Positions 1 to 10,500 of a DNA stretch of 64,000 nucleotides are shown in pieces (position 1 is the first letter of the stretch; the number at the start of each line of letters is the position of its first letter). The stretch lies in the NCBI GenBank assembly GCA_037447605.1, contig CM074805.1:3195361-3259360 (forward strand), read 5' to 3'. Position numbers and translations under genes: made by a program. The stretch is from Zygnema circumcarinatum SAG 698-1b (Eukaryota > Plantae > Zygnematophyceae). The notes under the pieces were generated by a model that searched no databases, was not told where the DNA came from, and saw only the letters and a list, made by a program, of their open reading frames with translations.

Positions 1-413
1 CTGTTGGTACTGATGACTAAGCTGGGGTGACAAAGAGCCACCCAAATCCATCTGTGCATTGCCCTCCAGTTGCATACAAATGACTTTTATGACGGACACA
101 AATTTTGGACACTTTCAGGAAAAGGGAAAACAAAGAGTTCAATTTCTTTGTCCCAAAAAACGGAGATCAATCGATATCAATCAATCGATCAAGACAGACT
201 ACAATTATCCTTGTAAGCGCATCTCTTAAATGAAAACCAGTATGCACTGTTACTGGTGCAACTTTCGATCGCACCCTCCCATGTGTCGCTGCAGAAAAAT
301 AGCCGAGCCCCAAAATACAGAGTCGTATAGGCGCACAAGGGAGATGAGAAATACTTCTCAAACTTATAGAACTCCTATATACACACGAAAGCAAACGCAT
401 AGTTGAGGTTTAC

Positions 414-1032
414 CTCTATACTCCCCTCGTTTGCAATGTGGCGCAGCTTTTCCCTCTCCGCAAAGGACTCCTCTTGTTCCTCCTCCGGGCCTTTACGCTT
501 TCCTTGACTCCAATCCCACGACTGCTCCGATTCAGTTGTTTTTGGAGGAGGCACATAAAGTATGGAGGGGCCGCCTCGGTAGCCATGCTTGCTCAAAGCC
601 TCATAGTCGAGTACCTGCTTTCTCGACACGACCTTCATATCAACTTCAGCCTCCTCTGACGTCTCATCTGCAGTGCCAAGAGATCGGATGTAAATAAAGG
701 ATACAAATATCGCCTTACATATGTTTTTGAAAATTTTAAAAACAGCCCTGGAAAAGAGAAACCATGCGTGTTCTTGAACAGAAACCAGATCGAAGCAGCA
801 TGTAACAAAAACACTGTTGTGCCAAAGCTCAACAAAGACCTATTCGTTGAGCCAGCCAGCTTCTTTCTCCAGTGCCTCCTTCAGAACATCATGTTTAGCA
901 GGAAGTCAACCAGTCCATATTCATACCAGAATGCCCAGCGCCTTCGCCGCTTTTGCAAACTCCTTTCTCCTCTTCCTCTTGATCTCTTCCTTCCTCATCT
1001 GAATCATCTTCCAGCCCCGCCAAGGGATCCAT
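414..1032 (-). CDS. Acidic, low-complexity protein of unknown function; 3'-partial, probably continuing left of the window
   Basis: Exon 1 (1032-927) reads MDPLAGLEDDSDEEGRDQEEEEKGVCKSGEGAGHS, with a GTATGA donor. It splices in phase via a CTGCAG acceptor to exon 2 (667-414), DETSEEAEVDMKVVSRKQVLDYEALSKHGYRGGPSILYVPPPK...IANEGSIE, which ends at a GTAAAC donor. No stop is reached. Confidence 0.7.
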
Positions 1033-1562
1033 CGCCTTCCATGGCTGAGCCATTCCTCCACTCCAGGCAGCAATGAGACCCTCCCTCGCCTTCTCTCCCC
1101 CAAGGGAATTTCTTTCCGCTCGTCCGAGGCAGATCAGAGATCAACAGGTACAGTATCTCCAAACGTATGTGGACCCACGGGCCCACTCGTTCCCGATCCA
1201 CCATCGATTATCTGTAGACGAACAATCTACGGTGTAATGGGGTGGAATCTGGCCTCAGCGAGTCTATCAACCGTCCGATTCAAAAGTTGAACCAACGCAA
1301 TGGGGCAGGTGACTGGCGGGTAACAGTTGCACGCCAGCCAATGGCGAAAGTGTAAAGGTTGATCTTTGACCCCGTTGCGTGCGTGCTTAACGTTGCAAGC
1401 ACCCGCTCGTCGGAGGGCGGGAGCCATGGCTGCCCAGTGAAGTGACTTTTTTAAACGCTGAGGAAGGAGAAAGGAGTGGGGAAGGAAAGGAGGGAAGGTT
1501 GCAAGTTTGAGGGGGAGAGGGGGGGGGGGGAGGGGGGGAGAATTTTTTGAACTTCTGCAGCC
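1033..1562. promoter_or_regulatory. Shared bidirectional promoter and 5' leaders of the left gene and TRRAP
   Basis: Two ATGs diverge 530 bp apart (1032 on -, 1563 on +). There is a CCAAT box (AGCCAAT, ~1336-1342) and a purine/G-rich leader at 1460-1540. Confidence 0.6.
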
Positions 1563-4500
1563 ATGATTCCTATCAGCAACTTCGAGCAGCATGGAAAGAA
1601 GGTTTTGGACCCTGAAACAAGTGCGCTCTCACTTTCCTCAATCTCCTTTTCTATCCCCCGCTTGAATAATGCAGGAATCATTTGGTGTTTTGTTCAGGTT
1701 TTTATGATCATTGAAGAATATCATGACTTGTATAAGTTCAAAAAAATCGTGAGGAACATACCTTACAGCTACGTTTTAGAGAATATGGGGATGGTTTTTT
1801 ATCAATAGGCCCTATACCAGCACAATTTAAGCTGAAAGCATTTATTCCATTGTTTTGAGTGAACACAAAACGGAACATGGGCTGTTCGCTGGCAATAAAC
1901 CGAAACATTCAGCTAAAGTTAGCGACTTGATAATAATGTTTGCGTTTTAAAGATCCCTGTTACATCTAAAAGTGGCCAAAGGCAGGGATAAAGGTTTTGG
2001 CTTGATTACTCAAGTCCACGTATAGGTAGCACTGAACCAGAGGTTGTTTTGAAACCAAAAACAACCTCTGGTTCAGAAACTTAACACGTTGATAAGGGAA
2101 CTTAAACTCTCACTTCGTTACTCTCTTTTTCTCTTTCATGAGCCCAGTGATAGTCTTCTTTGGGGAGCAATTGTAAGGATGGAATCTCATCATTTCCAGC
2201 TGGCACAGAATTGAATCACGGCCAAAAAAATGCGTTAATACTTCAATGTGCAAGCTGAAAACCGTACTGTTATCAATATGATGTACGTTAATGCACATTT
2301 TACGAAGTCTACATTGTAAATTTATTGTGGTCATTCATGTTGCGTCGGGAAAGGCTTTTGTCGCAGAGAGTTTCAATACTGCTTTACGTGGGAATTGCTG
2401 AGAAGCATTGTCCTACTGACAACTCTTAAGGCTTACAGGGTTGCCTTGCTTGAACTGCCATAGCTGATTAAACCAATTGATCTGGCACTTAAACTTTAGG
2501 CCAGCAGGGACCTCATCTTGAAGATAACCCATTTGGCTTTCAGAGAGGTAGCACATATTTTGCAGAAGTTAAAAGGCATTTAATTCCATATTTTTGTCTA
2601 TAAGCTTGAGGCGTCCTTGGTGAGTTCTACTTTTGGAAGTTCTTGACGTTTGTACACCTTTCATCCCTGTCATTCGAAATAGTTTGTTGATGAGTGTCAG
2701 TTTATGAATCTCAAGTTAAGTACAATAGTTTATACCAATGAAAGCAAGGTTTCTTCAGGAAATGTCACAAAAAAGTTCTGTTTGGGAAGTGGACGGCGAC
2801 TGTTTGGTCTGTTATCACCATGTAGCGACCGTGACGAGTGATTTGGCAACTTTTAAGTCATAGCGAATGACATTTTCGGCTTTGCTTTATCCTCAGTTGT
2901 CAAGGTCATTAGCACGTGACCAACACACCTCGAACAATCACTCCCTTGTCCTTATCCTGGCAGTCAGAGGCTGAGCATTTGGTGGAAAGGCTGCTATGTA
3001 CATTTTACCCAGTTGTTTGCCTGAAAAACCCATGGAAGTAACATAGAGAAGCATTCTGAACAACGGAACAAACCTCCAGCGATTTTTTAAGGAAACTCTG
3101 TGAAATGTCTTAGCTTTTGACTGCTGTGGTCTCTATCAATGTTCTTTGTTCTGTGGATACAATTTTTTCTTACCTTTAGTCATTCGCACTAAATGCTAGT
3201 CTTATTTATTGTATTTTGCAGCAACCGCTCAGCGGCTACAACTGGCAACAGAAGTGCGTGACAGCATCGAAATTGCACACACTTCAGAATATCCCAACTT
3301 TCTCAAACACTATTTTGACGTGTTCTACGCAGTGCTCATGAAGCTCACAGTGCCGCAGGTGAGACTGACTTTAAACGGTATTCATCAGCTGTGTTTTTAT
3401 CCTTCATTTGATTAAACTCTTTTCTTGCACAAAATGATGCGATGCCGTTAGTGACCTTTTTGGAATGCTGCTTTGGATACAGCCAGTAGGCAGTGTTTGA
3501 GACACCGCTGCTACTTTGGTCGAAGGATATTATGAATTGGAATCCACCTCACTTCTCGTCTGATAAGCGTCCTCTCTTGCTTGGTCGAATCGAGAAGCTA
3601 TGTTATTGGTTGTACGTCTCATTGACCATGTCTTTTCTGATTTTTTTCTTCCTGCAGGACACAGATGATGTAGAAAATAAACTGCGGTTCACAGTCCTAG
3701 AAATCCTTAACAGACTGCCCCATAATGAAGTATTGCGTCCATATGTGCCGCGACTGCTGAAGCTGGCCATGCACGTCCTTGCAATCGACAATGAGGAGAA
3801 TGCCATTGTGACTTTGCGGATGATGTTTGATTTGCACAAAACGTTTCGGCCCAGTCTTGAAACAGAAGTGCAGCCATTCCTTGACTTTGTCCGTCAGGTG
3901 AGATGAATCTGATACCCTGCTAGGGAGGCTGCAGTTTCACATCCTCATGGTTTGCTATTGGCTCTTTCATATAGGGGCGAGGCCAAACTGCAAAGGTCAA
4001 TAGTTTCCTTTTAGCATTTAGTTTATCTTCAAGCTTATCAATCAAAGTGGAATGTCTGTCTTAAATTCTATTCAAATATTTGGACCCTGAGTTGCTTGTC
4101 TCTGTCAACTGTCAGTATCAACATTTCAATCTAAGTCGTTTAGCCAGCATGTGCAGGCATTTTCACCAGCAACAGCACGATATTCCTCTGACAGATCCTT
4201 GCACTCTTTGTGGGGTTTTCACCAGATATACCAAGGATTCAAGGCCACCGTGAGCTATTTCTTTGACGAGAACGCAAATGGCGGAATGGATGCACAGGCG
4301 CAGCTTGCAGCACAGCTAGGGCCACAGCAGGGAGGCAGCAGTCTGGCATTCTTGGGCCAGAGACTGCCCGGCAGTGGTGGGCCTATCCCTGGCCAGCTCA
4401 ATCCCAGCACGCGATCGTTCAAAGTTGTGACCGAGTGCCCGCTCATCATCATGTACCTTTTCCAGCTCTACCAGCGCCTGGTGGCCCCCAATATTCCTGC

Positions 4501-7500
4501 CATCCTTCCTCTCATGTTACAAGCAATTTCTTTGCCGGGCCCTCAGAACGTGCCAAGCCATTTGAAGCAAGCTCTGGCTGACTTTAGGGGGGCGCAAGTG
4601 AAGGTGAGCTTACGAGTGCAGATGCAGTGGGTGGTTCTTCGCACAGATATGAAGAGATGGAGAACAGTCTTTTCTCAGAATTTGCTTTGGAGACTCGAAT
4701 GCTGGACAAGATTTGGATTGCACATAAGGAAGGACTCAGAAAACTTGAACTACAGGCATAGTTCTATAAATCAGTAATCTGATGTCACAAAATTATCTAT
4801 ATGTTGTATGATGTGTGAGCAGACGGTGTCGTTTCTCACTTACCTCCTGAAGACTTATGCCGACTTCATTCGGCAACATGAAGAAAGTATCGCCAAGAGC
4901 ATCGTTAATCTACTCGTCACCTGTCCTGATATGGTCTCAATCCGCAGGGTATGTGTGTTATTCGTTATTTTCCTAGAGCATCATGAATAAATTGAGAACT
5001 ATCTCAGGTACATGTCCATAGATTATCAAACCTGTAGGCCAGGGCAAGTGAAGTTATATCTGGTTCACATGTTTTGGGCTATCTTGTCACGGCAGGAATA
5101 CTCCCTTTTTTTCTCGAGACTTTGACTTTTTTTTAGGAAACTCGCGTAACCTGTCCCTCATTTCTCTTCTTGCCCCTCGTTATCCTTGTCCCAACATGCT
5201 TGCTCACCTTGGCTCAGGGCTGACGCTGACGCTAACGCTGTGGGAATTTAAGTGAAGCATGTATTGAAACTACATGTTAAACTTAGCACTGATGGAATGA
5301 TAGCGTAGTAAGGAGGAGATGCCTAATTGATGTGTAAGACAGAAGGCAAGCATTGGAAGCCGGTAGCTTTAAGCTATAGGTAATCTACTTTGTGCTAAGT
5401 CGCACTAGGTAGTTTGTGTACGTTGAGAATAATTCGATGGGACAGTGGTAAGGTACTTGCGAGGTTTTATTCGACTCTGCAATACTTGTGCAGCTGCTGC
5501 ATCATCCTTGCAGATTTCACCGATGCTTGGATAACCAGAATAGTCCCACACACGTGTCACTTTCTAATGAAGCACGGTTGTTGGTCTACAGGAATTACTG
5601 GTTGCGACAAGACATGTTCTAGCCACTGATTTCAAGCATGGATTCTATTCGCAAATAGACACGCTGCTCGATGAGAGGTGTGTGAAGTCTATGCAAACTC
5701 TGCCTACCTTATCGTTCTGTACTATATTCCTTTTTTAATAAAGCAATTTACTGTGTTTTCTACTGTGGGAGTTTGTGTGGCTTTTGTCGGTAAACGGGGA
5801 GAATTCAATATCTGATTTATTGGCCTGGTTTGTTTTGAGATAGAAGTAAGTCCGTAATTGTCTAGTAGCTCGTCTGTATGCTAATTGGTTGGCAGTTGGA
5901 TCTGGCCCTCTAAGCTGAGTGAAGTTTTAAGCGAATGTGATGTGATCGATGCACTCTTTACTGATGAGAACAGCAGTTCTTATCTATCGCGAAGGGCTGT
6001 GAGGGTAACCTACAAGGAACGAACGTCCCGTTAGAAAGCATATCCTAGGCCTGGCTTGGTTTCAATTGAGCGGTTTAAGTGGTATGGAAAGTATTGGTTT
6101 TCCTGAATACCAGGACTTTTGGGGCCCAGGAATGCAGACAATGTGAGGTTGCTTATGTATGTTCCCTCGAGCTATCCGTACACTCTCTGACTTGTAAGCA
6201 GGGCATGATGGCGCAGAGTGTTGGTGGGGTCTGGGCGGGCCTGCTACGAGTCCGTACGGCCGCTCGCGTACAGCCTGCTGGCGGAGCTCGTCCATCTCGT
6301 GCGGGCGGAGCTCAGCCTCCCACAGGTGCCCTTCTCTCTCTTGCATCACCCCACTTTTAAAGGGGCCTTCAAATTTGCTTCAAATTGGCTGAACTGAAAC
6401 CATTACTGCTGGGAGTGTTATTGTTCGTTTGTTGCGCCTGATCTCCAAGTGCGTATTTCAAAGCCATGTTTGGTGATAAGACTGTCAGTTGTAAGTGCTG
6501 CTGGTACATGCTGATAGACTTGTATCAGCACACAAGTTGAATCTCTGCTTAAGCTCAGGTGAAAGCTTCACATGGTCGCTCCTATTTATGTGTCAAGATG
6601 TACACAAATGAACTCTTACGCACTAACACAAGAGCAGTGTTTCCTTTAATGAAGCCAAGTCTAGACTTTTGCAGTCACTGCCTACTTACAGTCAAGGATG
6701 TATGCGCTTTTTGACTCCCTCTATTGGTGGTGAAATCTGTTTGGCCCTGGCAACATATCTAAATCCATTGTTACCAACTTCAACCCTTCTCTAACTTCAC
6801 TCCTTAACATGGGGTTGCGTACAGCTTTCCAGAATTGTTTACATGTTCTCCCGCAACGTTCATGATGCTTCCCTTCCCATGAGTGTGCAAACAACTTGCG
6901 TGCGGCTCATGCTCAATTTGGTGAGCTTCAATTGTCCGGCAGTTTAGAAAGCACTAGGAAAAAGGTCAAATAATTTGCACCGACACTTGTTGCGCTGTTG
7001 TCAATCTTGCTGTAATCTAATCTATCATGGTTCATCTTTGGGAATCGAAGCCTCTGCTTCAAATTTGAACTTCCATAAGTCGACTGTTTTTGAAGAGTTT
7101 TTTTTATAACCAGAACATATTTTGACTAGGAGTATTGAACAAGGCTGGGCTTAAAAGCCTATCGTTTTACTGTTATATGGTTCTGGACTGCTCTATAAAA
7201 ACGACTATGAGACAAGGCTAATTCCTTGGTTCTGAACCCAGTTCATCATGAAATGTTCATTCGACACACAGCCATGTCGATCGGGTAGCGTCAGACCCTG
7301 GGCATCTTGTAATAAGAGAGTCTAATTGTGTTATGATTATGTAGAATGTGGAATCGGAGTCACACTGACAAGCAGCCTACCTGTTCCTATTTCCCAATTC
7401 AGCTAAGGAAGGGGTCCACTAGCCGCTTTGTGTAGGTGGAGACCATATTCGCGAAGCGGCTCGGAGACCAGCTGGCGAGGGAAGAAGGCCGAGCGCTGCT

Positions 7501-10500
7501 CGTATGTTCTCTACCCCGAATGTATCTTATATATCATATGTATCTTCTGAGTCTGTAAAACAGGTTACTTTAGCTTTTGAAATTGTTTGTGGTCAAAAAA
7601 TAGTGAAAACTGAATTTTCACAGTTACGTTCGTCACGAGTAAATAAATGGGTTTCGCTTCGCGCGAAGACAAAACAGCCAACTTACTTAGTTCGCACTTG
7701 TTTAAGAGCAGAAAGTATGTACAATTTGATTGACAAACTTGTAACACTTTTATGTTTTCATGATTTTGCTATACAAATTCAGGCCAATGCCATTCAACTC
7801 ACAATCAAGCCAATTTTGTTACGCCTTTTCCCGGAAATACAGAATCACTTTGAGTTATTTGAAAACGCTCAAAGTGTTCAAATAATTTTGGTCACTTCTG
7901 CTCAAACTGAACAGGAGACTCGTCTATTGTGGACAGGTTTATATCAAAAGGAAGTCAAACAATATGTCTAATTTAGTTCTAAGAGACCATATGCGTCGAT
8001 TACTTATGGCAAAATACGAGCTTCAACGTACACAGTATAAAGCTATTTGTGAGGATCGAAATCTTCCCAATACAGTACGCTATGAATATCGTGTGAAATT
8101 GTCTCAATTACCCAGAAATAGTTCAAAAACACGAATAAGAANNNNNNNNNNAGCGCATAGTGCAGAGTGCATAGCGCCTGTCGCGAGCAAGCTCGCTAGG
8201 TTTTCCTGCGCTCGGTGAAACAAGCTACCGAAGGTCGCGCCACTCGCGAGCCAGCTCGCTCGGTTTTACCCTACGGTCGCCTGCTCCCTTCGGTCGCCCT
8301 TAGGTTGCTTGCTCTGCACTCTGCGCTACCTTCGGTAGCCTGTGACTTCGTCACGGCGCTACTTTCAGTAGCTTGTTCCACTGCGCTCGTGTCGCTCGCT
8401 GCGCTCGCTCGGTTTTACCCTACGGTCGCCTGCTCCGCCCTTCGGTCGCCTGTTCGCTTCGCTCACTGCGCTCGCTTTGCTCGCTTGCCTACGGCCCTTT
8501 GGTCGCCCTACGGTCGCCTGTTCGCTCGCTTTCACTGCGCTCGACTTGCTCGCTGCGCTCGCTCGGTTTTACTGCGCTCGACTCGCGAGCAAGCTCGCTC
8601 GGTTTTACCCTACGGTCGCCTGTGACTTCGTCACCCTTCGGTCGCCTGTGACTTCGTCACCCTTTGGTCATCCTATCAGTCGGCTGTGACTTTGTCACCG
8701 TTCGTTCGGTTGTGTCACTGCGCTCCAATTGGTCGCCTGCCTACGTCCCATTAGTCGTATGTGATTTCTTTTTGGTCACGCTCATGTGTTTGCTTTGGTG
8801 ACCCAGTCAGTCGCCAGGTTCTTTTGTCACTCGTGACAAAGCCACTAGCGACCTAGGTCGTAAGGAAGCAACCGGCTCCATTAGGTTAACTTCAACTTGT
8901 TTGAAAAGAGTACCGTTTTACTAAATCAACCAAACTCGTGGATCTTAGTCACTAAGCGTCAGCACTTTTCGTGCTACAGGTGAAAGTAAGAAGCATTGAA
9001 TACAAACACTCAATCTATGTTAAGTTTAAATAGACTTCGTTTTCATTACGAACACGTATTACGTCAAGATTTGTTATGTAAATACAATTATGCTAATATT
9101 TTCCAAATTCCGCAACTAAGCAAAATGCTAATAGTGGCACAAGTATCTTCTGAGTCTGTAAAACAGGTTACTTTAGCTTTTGAAATTGTTTGTGGGGCAC
9201 GGAATGGGACTGTGAAGCCTTTTGCTTTGCCTTTTTCTAACAACTGTAGCTCGCGATTACCTCTTGCGTTTTTTGTTTTTTGGCTTTTTTTTTATATCAT
9301 GTACGGGTTGTAGACCATAATAGAATGTTCATCATCCGTGAGGACTGACTAGAGTTAGAAGCAGGAATGGCTTTTCTCTTGATAACTTGAAGTGATGCCA
9401 ATGGTGGAGTCGTGCGGATGCCTGTTGGTGGAGCAGGGGAAAATTCTGGATGCTTTTGTGACCAAATTTAGCAGTCTCAAGAAGATTGTGCCCATGGTAA
9501 GTTCCCTGTTCGTCTGTCCAATTCATTTGCTTTCCTAGCTTTATTCGCTCCCTTTTGAAGCTCTTGGTCAGGTAGAGCAGGGTAAGAAGATTCGAACATG
9601 CTCTTTTTGTCTAGAAAGTCTATGCAGTTAATATTTTTATATACGAAGTGGAAGTGGATCAGGATTGACTATTTTTGCCCGCATTTCAAGCTTTCCAATT
9701 CAGTCTTGTCCTCTGGCCGAGCCTACAGCTTTCCTGTACGATTTCAAGAGATCCTGCTTGGACAGCTCTACGTTGGTTTAGAAATTGAGAATGCTGCCAA
9801 GTTCATGATTATGTTTGCCAGAACCAATACTTCTCCATTTGTGTCCATACAGCAGTTGAAAGGTGGTGATTAGTTTTCCTACCTATGATTGAACAAGAGA
9901 AATTTTGATTTTTGCCCTGGTCCAGTTATTGACGGAAGGGGACGAAGGCGAGTCTCGGCCTAGTCTGCGTTCTCGCCTGGAATCACCCGTGCAGGTCAGC
10001 TTTCAGTTTCTGCAGATACTGGGGCATATGCACTGCTTTAATCAAGGAAACTTTGAGCCAAGTATGCATTCTGTTCATAGAACCTGATGTTGATGTTCAC
10101 TGGGTATTCAATCTTGAGAATCCGCAGAGCATAGAGCGATCTGCATGCCGAGGACTTAAGCAAGCTTATGGATATCTTAAGCTCACATTCTGAACCTGCT
10201 GCCTTTCATATTGTTTGCATTGAGTACAGTCCTCTCCGCTCGCTGACAGAATTGGTTGTTGACGGTGGGGACGTATGCATAATCTTTCTTCCACTTGTTT
10301 CTGATTGCCCGGGCTATTTTTTTCCTCTCATAGTTGCGATCGTCCGCAAGTGCAGAACCATAGTGGAAGTCTGACGATGAGTGATGTTGCCATTGTCTGA
10401 GCCGTAATCAGGCTGCGTTAAGTTTGCAACCACCAGTGGAACATGCCAAAGAGGTCAGCGACTGCAAGCAGCTCGTGAAGACCCTTATCATGGGTAGGCT

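Larger units (their letters stand above)
7540..9195 (+). other. Mitochondrion-derived segment (NUMT or misassembled mtDNA) in TRRAP intron 9, circularly permuted with a 53-bp terminal direct repeat
   Basis: It lies between the donor at 7502 (GTATGT, after exon VETIFAKRLGDQLAREEGRALL) and the acceptor at 9436 (before exon GKILDAFVTKF). It is AT-rich, intronless and encodes mitochondrial-type rpl5 and rps14. 7540-7592 is identical to 9143-9195. Confidence 0.9.

Noticed and set aside
8215-8689. ORFs of 70-136 aa with repeated SVLPYGRL motifs
   Set aside because: They are translations of the short DNA repeats, with no recognisable domain and open frames on several phases.
8254-8700. Possible CRISPR array (30-bp direct repeats)
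   Set aside because: Spacing is irregular (149 and 190 bp periods), the intervening sequence is itself built from repeat sub-units, there are no cas genes and the context is eukaryotic/organellar.
8930-9000. Possible tRNA or 5S rRNA upstream of rpl5
   Set aside because: Only two mini-hairpins are present, with no cloverleaf, T-loop or 5S consensus.
5940-10400. Scattered TGATGA/CTGA motifs suggesting intronic C/D snoRNAs
   Set aside because: I could not find properly spaced C and D boxes with a terminal stem or an rRNA-complementary guide.
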